From Mobula hypostoma (lineage: Eukaryota), in assembly GCF_963921235.1 (NCBI RefSeq), contig NC_086097.1, forward strand, positions 121,832,001 to 121,896,000: a stretch of DNA of 64,000 nucleotides. The letters are read 5' to 3'. Below the pieces are notes generated by a model. That model worked only from the letters and a program-made list of their open reading frames with translations, had not been told where the DNA came from and made no database searches. Below are positions 11,830 through 23,765 of the stretch, one piece after another; within the stretch, counting starts at the first letter, position 1; the number at the start of each line of letters is the position of its first letter. A program made the position numbers and the translations under genes.

Positions 11830-12092
11830 AATACAGCACTGTAACAGGCCATTCCAATGTAATGAGCTATTGCGGCCCAGTTGCACCCATGTAACCCAAT
11901 TAAGCTACCTTTATGTTCTCTGTCTGAAATGCAATGATGTTGCCTTGAGACCTTTATGTCTTTGGGTTGTGAGTAAGCTGGAGTACCTGGAGGTCAGGGG
12001 AAGAACAAACAAACACCTTACAGACAAGAGTGAGAATTGAACCCTGCTTGCTGGTGCTTTAATAGTGTTAACCGCTGCGCTACTGTGCCATC
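11830..12092 (-). mobile_element. tRNA-derived SINE (HE1-like)
   Basis: Minus strand reads tggcacagtagcgcagcggttaac...gggttcaattctc...ctgtaagg. A related copy lies at about 59375-59640. Confidence 0.65.
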
Positions 12093-12612
12093 CAAACACT
12101 TCACACACCTCTAATGAGCAATCCTCCACAACTCTCTGAAGTAGGAGATTTTAGAGAACCATACCCACCGTGGGAGGACATTTCTACTGCTAGAATTGAC
12201 TGTGATGATGACAAGGTGACATTTAGAAATAACATCGAATAAAGTGCCTTCTCTTTTAACCTTTCTTAACCTGCATGGACAACAGTTGTACAAACAAATT
12301 ACTCCATAAATTCTTAATCTTATTACATTTTTTTTCCTAATGTTTATTATATTAATAAATCATTCTCCCAGAAAAGAATAGACTAATTGAGAGAGTACCA
12401 CTGGAATGCAACTCAAACTTAACAAAGAGCTACTCACTCCTTACTTGAATTGAATCTGTCTCTGAGTTTATCAATATAGTGTGTGTTCCCTGTTATGAAC
12501 AGTGACTATTCATAGAAATTAATTATTCTTTTTATTTTAAAAAGTGGTTCAGACAATGTTTGGTATTTGCTAGTGCCTGCAGAACAATTCTAACAGTACT
12601 CTTTACTAACAG

Positions 12613-12750
12613 CAAAGAAGAGTCAACCAAAACAGCTATGCCTTTACTACCACCTCTGACCACAGAAGTTGTAGGGCTGCAGAAAATCAAGACACTTACG
12701 TTAACCTGCCACACCGTATGCAGACAGGCAGACCAAGGACCTGTCAATGA
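12613..12750 (+). CDS. CD226: Last coding exon of the CD226-like receptor (QRRVNQNSYAFTTTSDHRSCRAAENQDTYVNLPHRMQTGRPRTCQ*)
   Basis: Acceptor ctctttactaacag, phase 0 matching the previous exon, stop TGA at 12748-12750. ENQDTYVNLP...RPRT resembles the mammalian CD226 tail EDIYVNYP...RPKTRV as recalled. The gene converges on DOK6. Confidence 0.75.
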   Translation, partial: QRRVNQNSYAFTTTSDHRSCRAAENQDTYVNLPHRMQTGRPRTCQ

Positions 12751-12905
12751 TGTCATTAACAGAATGCAGACCAACCTTCATCAACCACAGGCTGCTCTTT
12801 GTTTGTGTTTTTACATCGTTCCATAACAAATTGCTCACTCTAAAGAGTGAGCATGACTGTGATTTTCTGTACTGCGGGTTTTGAAAGTATTTAGTCTGTT
12901 TTGAT

Positions 12906-12967
12906 AATAAATATCTTTGACCATTATTTTTAACTGTTAAAATTTGTTATGGTTTACAGGAAATAAA
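12906..12967 (+). terminator. Candidate polyadenylation signals of the CD226-like gene
   Basis: AATAAA at 12906-12911 and 12962-12967, 155-215 nt after the stop. The second is followed by GT-rich sequence. Confidence 0.45.
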
Positions 12968-13889
12968 AGTGTTTGTTTCTAAGAAAGTAAACCAACCTAA
13001 TTCTTAAAGAGTTCTAAGCATATTCAAAATTTGGATGTAAGTATAAGCTTTTCCACTTTGTAACATATTTTGCTATTAAGGCCACATCCTTACGTGTTTC
13101 TCTTAAATGCCCAGAGAAACTAAAGTTAATGAATTTACTTCAGAATAAATAGGGATTTTAACCAGATTATCATTCAAGATTCAATATCATCATACTACTG
13201 TTTGTTTTTCATCATAAAGGTTGTTTGTTCAAAATGTGAGTTCTTAATTTTAGTCCTCTGTTTAAGATCAGAGACTCAAATAAGAGCTCTTTAATGAACC
13301 AATGGGCAAAAGGCAGGAAGTGGAATGAAAATGTAAACATGTGAGATTTGTGTAAGAAATATCACAATGATATTGCAGAAGATGACAGTAGGGGCTGAAT
13401 AAATTGTTGCCGAAATGGCTAATGTATTGAAAGGGCAGTCATTAGGTCAAAGAAAGGCCCTTCGCCTTTTGATCTGCGGAGTGTTTTTAAGAGGTTCTGG
13501 TTGTGTTGAACACTAGAGTGTTTGTTACTGCTTTTATGGGGCTTGGGGAAGCTGAAGGTACAGGAACAGAGGGGAATGCAACCTTTAGTGGAAGTTATTC
13601 TGGATCTCATATCTAATGAAGGATAGGACTCAAAAAATGTAAAGGAGATACTGGAGTTGACTGGTAAATGCATGGATTGAGAAAGAGATAGACGAGACAG
13701 ACAAACTTTTAGAGGAGAAAGTAATGCATGTTTCTGGTGGATTGGATATGGAGAAGGAGGCTAAACCTGATGTGAATTTTGAACTTAATCTGAGTTAGAA
13801 GTAGTCAGCAATGGTAGATTGATACTTAGTTGGAAGAAAAATGGATTATTACCATTTTAAGATAAGGCAATCAAATGAAGAAACCATAA

Positions 13890-14027
13890 TAAACACTAGA
13901 GGTTCTTCAGATGCTGGTAATCCAGACTAATACACACACAGAATGGTGGAGGAAGTCAGCAGGTAAGGCAGCATCTATGGAAAAGAATAAAGAGTTGACA
14001 TTTCTGGCTGAGACCCTTCATCAGCTG
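13890..14027 (-). mobile_element. Penelope-like terminus with degenerate hammerhead motif
   Basis: Minus strand reads ctgatgaagggtctcagccagaaatgtc. Confidence 0.65.
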
Positions 14028-17000
14028 ATTGCTCAGCAGAACAACAAATGGCCAACATACTCCAAGACAAGTACAACAACAGCCATTCTTACCATCTACC
14101 CTGCAGCCCCCCACCCCCCACTGAGGATCATTAACCCTGTACTTGAGGCCTACCAACTGTGTTCCTTGACCTCTGGGATCACAGGACTTCATCCTCAGTG
14201 TCTGCCAACCCAAGCTCCGTTCTCGGAGATCACTGGAATCCAACATCCAGACCTGCTGACATTGGACCTCTGGACCTGCCCCACATGGACCTTTGACCCC
14301 ATGACTCACTGACATCAGAGGTCATTGGCCTTCATCCTCGGGGCTTCAGGAGTGTATGAGAACACTTGGCACATAAATGGAAGGGTATGGACATTGTGTA
14401 GGCAGAAGGGATTACTTTACTTGGCCATTTGATTTCTAATTTAATTGGTTTAGCAAACATTGTGGGCCAAAAGTCTTGTTTCTGTGTTGTACTATTCTAT
14501 GTTCCATATTATATGCCCATTTTAAATGGGCATGTCCAAGAATATGGTTTTGTTGCATATGTTCTTTAAGCTATCCCACATTCTATATAGTGCTTTTATA
14601 TTATTTTTACTGGCATTTAAAATTCACAGTAGCTGACAAGAGTGGAGCTGGGGTAGTAATATACAGATGCTTGTTTTACTTTTAAGCAGCTTTATTTGAC
14701 TTGCTTCCAAAACTTTGTTTAATAAACATGTTTAATTGAAATTAATTTTATTGGGTAATGTTACATAGTGTCAAATACTTTCACAATAATAAGGCAAATG
14801 CAGTTATTTGAGAAATTGAGGTCTAAAGGTGACACTTTTATATAGTGTGTTAAAGGTGATGGTTTGTACATTATCAACTGACTTTTATGTTGTTTCTTGT
14901 GTAACAGACAAATGTATTATATATAAAATAAAGACACAAATCTGAAACCATTGTTTGATAAAGCCAATAATTTATTTCCATGAGCCATCACATAAAACCA
15001 TAAATTACAACAAAAATTAACATCTACTGAAAACCATACTCAGAAGTACAAATGGACCATGAGATAAATAGGCGACAGGAGATAATAATGACTAAGATAG
15101 AAATTTCCTTTGGATACAGATGTACACCAGTTTGATGGATTTGGTTAGAATTCAGTATCTCATTTTCAATAGATTGTTCCTGCCAATAAGTGCTGGGATA
15201 AACAACAAAGAGAAAACTAAAAACAGAACTGGAGGTGGCTATTTTTCATTCTACCGTTTTCGTACAAAACAACACTAACTGCTAGTGATTGTATCTAAGC
15301 AGTTTCAGAGTGCAGACTGACATTTTCACATCCATTATTATGAGGAAACACGCCATATTAGGACATTTCTAGGCAGGTACTCAATCTATTAAAGCCTTGC
15401 TACAGCAAAACCCATTGATTGATGCTCTAATTAAAACAATAATGGATCATATTTGCAAAGAAGTTTTCAGGGTTAACCTTAGTTTCTGTAGCACTAGATG
15501 CAATCAGGGAGGTGGCTATTACTTTTCTGATCACACTAAATTCAGTATGCTAACCCGATCAGATGTCTTACAAGACATGTTACAATAGTGATTGCAAGCT
15601 TTGAAGTGCGAACATAATGGAGAAAATCAATACAGAGTTCACATACAAAGGACTTCTTTGAATTACAACTCATGGTACAGAACTATTTTTCAAAATGCAA
15701 CAAATAAGTATGAACAGAATGTAATTCAAATTCACCACAAGACTGAGTCTATCTTTGTTCAAAGAAAAAGAGGCCGTGCAAGAGATTGAACACGTTATGT
15801 AATCTATAGACTTTTTTTGCTTAAATAGTGGACTTTTTCCAACTAATCTATGAGACTATAGGCTTTGGGATTTCATTTAGCTCGGCGAATTCCCAATGCC
15901 ATTCATTCACATTTGTAAAGAGAACTGGCATTCACAGGTTGAAGCTAGCAATAATACAAAGGATATGGGTGAACTCTCAAATTAATTTTAGGTCTGTGTT
16001 CTAAGCTCTTGATTTACAACATTTGAAATTCCTGTGGTGTTATTAGATAGGATTCAAAGATTAGAAGTACATCTGATTCCATTGACACTCTAGATTATCT
16101 CAAGAGCTCTTCAGACTGACAAGAGGCAACATTTGGAGTGTATGGAGGGTGTGGGAAAGAAAGCAACTGCAGTGACAAGGGAGACAATATTGAGGGAAAG
16201 GAAGCTTGATAACAGTTGGGAGCCAAATATCGTGACCATTGTGATAGAACTGGAAAAGGAATTTTTAAAGGCATTCAAAAAAGATCCATAAATGTAAGTA
16301 TAACCATGCTACAAACACATGTCTAAAACAGCACACGATGGATAAATGGCATAGGTAGTACCAATCTTCATTTCATTTCTTCAGTTATGTACATCACAGT
16401 GAAAAAAGCATTTGTAATCATTTAATGTTAAATATGCAAGACCTTGTTAATCCTCTAAAATAGATTGGGAATGATTATGTTTTATGTCTATGGAAGATTG
16501 CACAAAAGAACAGTGACTGCTGGTTTTTCATTGGATTGTCACCTGTTTACTGGAACCATGTCCTCAATTTCTACTGCTGAGTAATGAATTAAACAAAATC
16601 AGGTTTTGCTGCTAATCAGCAACAAATAGTCCAGTGATTCGCATTATGGTCTCACTTTTGGAGAGAGATGCAGGTTTGTATCATTAGTTCGGCAGCTTCT
16701 CAAATCTCACCAATCAGATTGTGTAGCATGATCACCCCTGGAAAGGCAATGAATTGTTTCTTCACTACTGAGATTCAGAGTACATCCAAGGTATTTTTCT
16801 TCTGAAGGGAACCTGAAAGTGATATCCCTGCAGACTGCAGGAAATCAGAGCTAAGCAATGTCTATCCAATTGCATTCCACTCGCCTCTCAAAACGTTTCT
16901 TTTGTTCAAAAGAAATTAATCCCGTGATTTCATTTATACATTGGGTTACTCAATGGTTGGTGTCACTTCTGCAACACATGGTCAAGCACAAAATTATCCA

Positions 17001-17094
17001 ATAGCCAAAGAGATATAATTCAGTTCCAATGGATACCTTGATCAATGATCCTCCGCTTCTTCCAAGAAAAAACTCTTTTTCATTATAATTAAGA

Positions 17095-17530
17095 ATTGAA
17101 ATGATCATGAATAGGGAGGCCAGTTTATTACACTACAACCATCAGGCTCTTAAGTCAGTATGGATAACTTCACTCATTGAAATTATCATGGATCGGGAGA
17201 CTATTTTGTTACCCTACAATTATCAGCCTCCTGAACCAGCATGGATAACATCACTCACTTCAACTCTGAACTGGTTCCACAACCTACAGACGCACTTTCA
17301 AGGACTCTACAACTCATGTTCTCTGCATTATTTACTGATTTATTTTTAATTTACGTAATTTGTCTTCTTTTGCATGTTGGTTGTTTGTCAATCTTTGTTT
17401 ATGTATAGTTTTTCATAAATGCTATTGTAACTCTTTATTTTCCTGTATATGCCTGCAATAAAATTAATCTCAAAGTACTATTTGTACAAATATGTACTAT
17501 ACTTTGATAATAAATTTAGTTTGACTTTGG
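17095..17530 (+). mobile_element. Rex/Babar-like 3' UTR with an internal diverged duplication of about 81 bp
   Basis: attgaaatgatcatg...ggataacttcactc is repeated as attgaaattatcatg...ggataacatcactc, followed by the standard tail. Confidence 0.65.
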
Positions 17531-18464
17531 CTAGGCTGATATCTTGTTGGCCTCCCAACCAACAAGTTTCTAGCCCAGGACAATCTGTGTCATCGGGTGA
17601 AGTTGAGTACTATAATCAGGAAAAGAAATCTAGCGTGGAATGAATGATTGATGGGCAATATTTGTGAGCAAACATTTTGAATGGGGAAAGGACAGTGGAT
17701 TCATCTTATGCACAAGGATGAGGGCAGGGAAGACGTTTCTAGAATGGAAATCATCAGCTCCAAAAAGGAGGCTTTAACTCTATTTTTCTTTGTTATTTTC
17801 CATCCATTAATGACAATGTTAGTTGTCTCTGAAATAGTGATGCTTTCACTCCTGTATAAATCATAGTTACTCCTCATGTATTGACACCTCAACCACTGTA
17901 TGCAATAGCAATCCCAATAAAGCCGGCACGTTTAGATAAATATGTAGTTGATGTTTTGTTTGCTTGCAACGTGTTTCTTTTTGGAAGCTTCAATTTCCAA
18001 AGATTAATTGAACTGGCAATTCCTTTTCTACCACTGCATTTTAGAGAATGTCTTTCTAAGTTTTTTTTAGGATGGTGTTGACCTCTTTAACTGTGGTAAT
18101 TTTTTTGATGATGAATCTACGAAAGTGGCAATATTAATTCACTTGCCTCTCCTACTTTCCCATTGAAACTGAAACTCCAGAGAGGTGTTTATTGTGGACA
18201 AGTTGATTTTGCCCATTTTATACCTCTGCTCAAAGTTAAAATTATCTCTACTGGATAGGAGGAAATACTCCATCAAACTTTGTTCAGGACTCTCAGGCCT
18301 GGTAAGCTTGAGTCATGTTTTTTCATATAATATTTTCTTCTAGTTATGTTTGACTAGATCCACATAATGATTAACTCATTTCAAAGTAGAATTTGGGTTT
18401 CATGAAGGATTCATCCAAATAGGTGCTCGATGGTTGGCCGAAAGGTCTGTATTATTCAATAACT

Positions 18465-18927
18465 TCAGAACATCTACATGAAATGCTGCCACAGGAAACC
18501 AGCATCCATCATCAGAGATCCTCAGCACCCAGATCATACTCTCTTCTCGCTGTTGTCATCAGATAGAAGCTACAAGAGCCTAAGGACTCGCACCACCACG
18601 TTCCAAAACAGTTACTACCCCTCAACATCAGGCTCTTGAATAAAAGGGGATAACTACACTCTCTTGCCCCATCATTAAAACGTTCCTAAAACCAATGATC
18701 TTACTCTAAGGTCTGTTTTTCTGATTATCTCACGTTCTTGTTGTTTTTTGCTATTCATCTAAATTTGCACAGTTTGTTGTCTTCTGCACTCTGGTCGATT
18801 TGTCATTGCTCCTGTTATAGTTACTATCCTATCGATTTGCTGAGAATGCCCACAAGAAAATTAATCTCAGCGTTGTATATGGTGGCATAGATGTACTTTG
18901 ATAATAAAATTTACTTTGAACTTTGAA
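18465..18927 (+). mobile_element. Rex/Babar-like LINE 3' fragment
   Basis: gcatccatcatcagagatcctcagcaccc motif and tail tttactttgaactttgaa. Confidence 0.75.
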
Positions 18928-21446
18928 TAGTTATTGAATTATACCAACTTTGGCACCTTCCTGCTTTAAAAAAATCAATTCATAATTAAAACATTAGTTT
19001 CTCCACAGTCTAGTTGTCTGAAGGAAACAATACTTGGATAGATAGGAAATACTGATTAATTTACTAGTCACAATGAATAACTGGTTTTCAGATCAACAGA
19101 GGCAGAGATTCTACATTAAAATATTTTCATCTGTGAAATATCACCCTGCCATTGTTCTTACGGTAGTTCTGTGCCCAGTTACTATTATTTGCAATGACCT
19201 GCTTCTGAACAGTGGGTTACAGACAATGCAGAGGAACAGGCAGAGATGAGCCGATTTGAGTGACCAAGTCAGTTCCTTCAGCCCCTCAGCACTAGACTGG
19301 CACAAGACTATGTACTCATCACACTACTCTTTCAATTTTACACTTTAGTGCAGATAAAATTGTGTTGCCATAGCAATGGAAGTAACAGTAACATCAAACC
19401 CATGGATTTAAACACCATGGGAGAATGTAGCTCGAAATAGAAACTCAAGCCAACCACCCCTCAAAACAAAGTCACTGCATCTCATCGATTACAGGATGGA
19501 TAAGCTTACCCAAAGGCAGACCGTATACTAATCTTTCAAGACCACCTTCAAGAAGAAACGCTTAAGAAGACAAGGGTCAAACTGATCCAGAATTCAGCAA
19601 GCACATTTTAGGGAGTATAAGTGCTCCAGACTTTCACTCAGTGGGAACTATGTCAGCTACACCTGTACACCTGCTCATTCATGCAAACATCTAATCCACC
19701 AATCATTTGGCAGCAACTTGTTGCATAAAAATATGCAAACATACTCAAGAGGTTCACTTGTTGTTCTGATCAAACACAGAGTGGGAAGAAATGTATCTAA
19801 GTGACTTTGTTACACTACCATTAGGAAAGTCTAGCATTCCGTGCCTTGTTACACTACAGGCAGAGGTAAGAGAGCAAGGCCCCAGAGATAAGGACAACAA
19901 AAAAATGGTTGCAGGGGGCTGAGTAGCTGCGGGATTGCTTCGAGTTGGTAGATTGGGTCTTGTTCAAGAATTCAGAGGATCTGAATGAGTACACCATGGT
20001 TATCATAGACTTTATGAAAACAGTTGTAGAGGAGTGTGTCCCCACAAAATCGTTTAGTCTTTCCTTACTTGAAGCCCTGGATGAGCCCTGAGATTTACAA
20101 TCTGCTGAGGGCCAGATTTGTGGTTTTCGGGTCTGGTGACTAAGTTAAATAGAAGAGGTTGAGGTACGATCTAATGGGCAAAGTGGCAATTCCAGACCAA
20201 ACCTGAATGCTATCACCTCCTAAAAAGTGAACCCAAGCAACATAGGTGGCAACAAGGCTTTGCTGCCAGATGAGTTCAATGTCTTATATGCTCACCTTCA
20301 CCATTAAAACATGGAGGAAACTTTATGAACTCCCACAGACACTAATGACCTTGTGATTTCAGTCCCTGAGGCTGACGTGAGAGCATCCTTCAGGAGGGTG
20401 ATCCCATGAAAAGCATTTGGCCCAGATGAGATACCTGGCCTAATACTAAAGACTGTGCTGATCAACTGGCTGGAGTGTAAACTGACATCTTTAACCTCTT
20501 GCTTCAGGCGTCTGAGATGCCCAGCTGCTTCAAGCAGGCTTTAACTACACTGGTGCCTAAGCAGAACATGGTAACCTGTGTCAATGATTATCATCCAATA
20601 GCACTTACATCTACTGTGATGAAGTGCTTCGAGAGGTCGGTGATGAAACGTATCAACTCCTGCATAAGAAGTGACTTGGATCTACTTCAGTTTGCCTACC
20701 GGCACAACAGAATCACAGCAGATGCCATTTTATTGGCTCTTCATTCAATCTGGAACATCTGAACAGCGAAGATGCATGCATCAGGATGCTCTTCATTGAC
20801 GACAGTTTCAATAAACCTCAAATGCTAGGCCTCAAAACCTCTGCAAGCAGTTGGATTCTTGATTTCCTCACTTGCAGACCTCAGTCAATTTGGATTGGCA
20901 ACAACATCTCCTCCACAAACTCCCTCAACACAGACACACTACAAGGCTGTGTGCTTTGCCCCCTGTCCTACTCACTTTATAATAATAACTGTGAGGCTAA
21001 GCGCGTCTCCAATTCCATATTTAAGTTTGCCGATAACACCACTGTTGTTGGCCTAATGAAAGGTTGTGATGAATCAGCATACAGGAGGGAAATTAAAAAT
21101 CTGGCTGAGTGGTACTGCAACAACAACCTCTCAATGTCAGCAGGACCAAGGAGATGACTTCAGGAGAGGAAACTGGAGGTACATGAGGCAGTCATCATTG
21201 GAGGGTCAGGGTCAGCAAATTTAAATTCCTCAGTGTTATCATTTCAGAGGATCTGCCCTGAGTCAAGCATGTAAGTGCCATTATGAAGAAAACACAGCAG
21301 TGCCATTACTTTCTTAGAAGATTACTAGCATATCATCTAAAACTTCGACAAACCTCTATAGATATATGGTGGTGAATTTATTGACTGGCCTGAAATGGAA
21401 ACACCAATGCCCTTGTATAGAAAAGCCCGCAAAAAAATAGTGGATA

Positions 21447-22604
21447 CATAGAAACATAGAAACATAGAAAATAGGTGCAGGAGTAGGCCATTCGGCCCTT
21501 CGAGCCTGCACCGCCATTTATTATGATCATGGCTGATCATCCAACTCAGAACCCAGCCTTCCCTCCATACCCCCTGACCCCTGTAGCCACAAGGGCCATA
21601 TCTAACTTCCTTTTAAACATAGCTAATGAACTGGCCTCAACAGTTTGCTGTGGCAGAGAATTCCACAGATTCACCACTCTCTGTGTGAAGAAGTTTTTCC
21701 TAACCTCGGTCCTAAAAGGCTTCCCCTCTATCCTCAAACTGTGACCCCTCGTTCTAGACCTCCCCAACATCGGGAACAATCTTCCCGCATCTAGCCTGTC
21801 CAATCCCTTTAGGATCTTATACGTTTCAATCAGATCCCCCCTCAATCTTCTAAATTCCAACGAGTACAAGCCCAGTTCATCCAGTCTTTCTTCATATGAA
21901 AGACCTGCCATCCCAGGAATCAATCTGGTGAACCTTCTTTGTACTCCCTCTATGGCAAAGATGTCTTTCCTCAGATTAGTGGACCAAAACTGCACACAAT
22001 ACTCCAGGTGTGGTCTCACCAAGGCCTTGTACAACTGCAGTAGTACCTCCCTGCTCCTGTACTCGAATCCTCTCGCTATAAATTCCAGCATACCGTTCGC
22101 CTTTTTCACCGCCTGCTGTACCTTCATGCCCACTTTCAATGACTGGTGTATAATGACACCCAGGTCTCGTTGCACCTCCCCTTTTCCTAATCGGCCACCA
22201 TTCAGATAATAATCTGTTTTCCTATTTTTGCCACCAAAGTGGATAACTTCACATTTATCCACATTAAATTGCATCTGCCATGAGTTTGCCCACTCACCCA
22301 ACCTATCCAAGTCACCCTGCATCCTCTTAGCATCCTCCTCACTGCTAACACTGCCACCCAGCTTCGTGTCATCCGCAAACTTGGAGATGCTGCATTTAAT
22401 TCCCTCATCCAAGTCATTAATATATATTGTAAACAACTGGGGTCCCAGCACTGAGCCTTGCGGTACCCCACTAGTCACCGCCTGCCATTCTGAAAAGGTC
22501 CCGTTTATTCCCACTCTTTGCTTCCTGTCTGCTAACCAATTCTCCACCCACACCAATACCTTACCCCCAATACCGTGTGCTTTAAGTTTGCACACTAATC
22601 TCCT
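21447..22604 (-). mobile_element. Young 5'-truncated CR1 LINE with an uninterrupted RT C-terminal frame
   Basis: Open frame containing SGVPQGSVLGPQLF, SKFADDTKLGG, RPHLEYCVQFW and RVVNLWNSLP, with an (atagaaac)n tail at 21447-21470. Confidence 0.95.
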
Positions 22605-22794
22605 ACGGCCAAGTCCATCATGGATAAAGCCTTCCCCAGCATTGAGCACATCTACAAGGAGTGCTGTTGTAGGAAAACAGCATCCATTATCAAGAACACC
22701 CACACTCCAGGCTATACTCTGTTCTCACTGCTGCCATCAGGAAAAAGATACTAACGACCCACACCACCAGTTTTAGGAACTCTTATTACCCCTC

Positions 22795-23037
22795 GACCCG
22801 CATCAGCATCGGACTTCAGGACGAAAGGTCCCGAGTTCGAATCCAGCCGGCTCCCCTGCATGCTTTCCATCCATGCTGGGTTATGAGCTGGTGACCTCTT
22901 TGGAAACTCACCCGGCAGAAGGCAACGGCAAACCACTGCTGTAACTTGCCTCATACGCGGTTCTCCACTACATCAGCGAGGCGTGGAGGGAAATCTGCTA
23001 ACCGGAGAAACTCCGGATGCAACATACCTTTCCTTTC
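22795..23037 (+). mobile_element. tRNA-derived SINE with an RTE/BovB-like body and tail, 11-bp TSD
   Basis: TSD tattacccctc at 22784-22794 and 23038-23048, B box gagttcgaatcc, internal gaaggcaacggcaaaccact, tail tacctttcctttc. Confidence 0.85.
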
Positions 23038-23394
23038 TATTACCCCTCAATAATCAGGTTCTTGAAAGAGAGGGGATAATTTCACTAAACTTCACTCACT
23101 ACGTCACTGAACTGTTGCTACTGAACTAGATTTACTTTCAAGGACTCTTCATCTCATGTTCTCAATATATTGTTTATAATTGCTTACTTATTTCTTATTA
23201 TTTATTTTCTCTTTCTTTTTGTATTTGTAGTTTGTTGTTTTTTTCTCTTTGGTTATTGTACACCCTTTTGGGTGCGGTCCCTCATTGATTCTATTGTGTG
23301 TATTGTGATTGCCCGCAAGAAAATGAATCTCAGAGTTGTACATGGTGACCTATATGTGTGTACTTTGATAATAAATTTTATTGAACTGTGACTG

Positions 23395-23765
23395 TAGAAC
23401 AATTATTGATGCCATATAGGGTGATTTGAGTATCTCAAGAATTGCCGGTCTCCTGGAATTTTCACGCACAATATTCTCGAGAGTTTACAGAGAATGGTGC
23501 AAAAAAAAACAAAACAAAGGAAAACATCCAGTGAGCGGCTGTTCCGTGGATGAAAATGCCCTGTTAATGAAAGAGGTCAGAGGAGAATGGCCAGACTGGT
23601 TCAAGCTGACAGGAAGGTGATAGCAACTCAAATAACCACCCATTATGACAGTGGTGTGCAGAAGAGCATCTTGGAACGCAGAACATGTTGAACCTTGAAG
23701 TCAATGGGCTACAGCAGCAGAAGAACACGAACGTACACTCAGTGGCCATTTTATTAAGTACAAGG
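23395..23765. mobile_element. Tc1-derived non-autonomous element fragment
   Basis: Matches 40038-40579 in reverse orientation and carries the terminus cactcagtggccattttattaagtac. Other pieces lie at about 19655-19810 and 24640-24743. Confidence 0.7.

Larger units (their letters stand above)
19855..23388 (+). mobile_element. Long decayed Rex/Babar-like LINE (reverse transcriptase region), with nested CR1 and SINE insertions
   Basis: ORF pieces [34 protein letters not shown] and [11 protein letters not shown]. The host sequence gtggatac|ggccaagtccatca is split by the CR1. Confidence 0.88.

Noticed and set aside
12560..12826. 88-aa ORF from the track
   Set aside because: It overlaps the receptor's last exon in another frame. 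The splice-defined frame carries the recognisable YVN motif.
21546..22703. 385-aa ORF as a host gene or a novel RT fusion
   Set aside because: It is a 5'-truncated CR1 RT. The first 33 or so residues are antisense Rex-like host sequence that happens to be open across the insertion junction.
22228..22776. 182-aa plus-strand ORF
   Set aside because: Antisense shadow of the CR1 RT frame.
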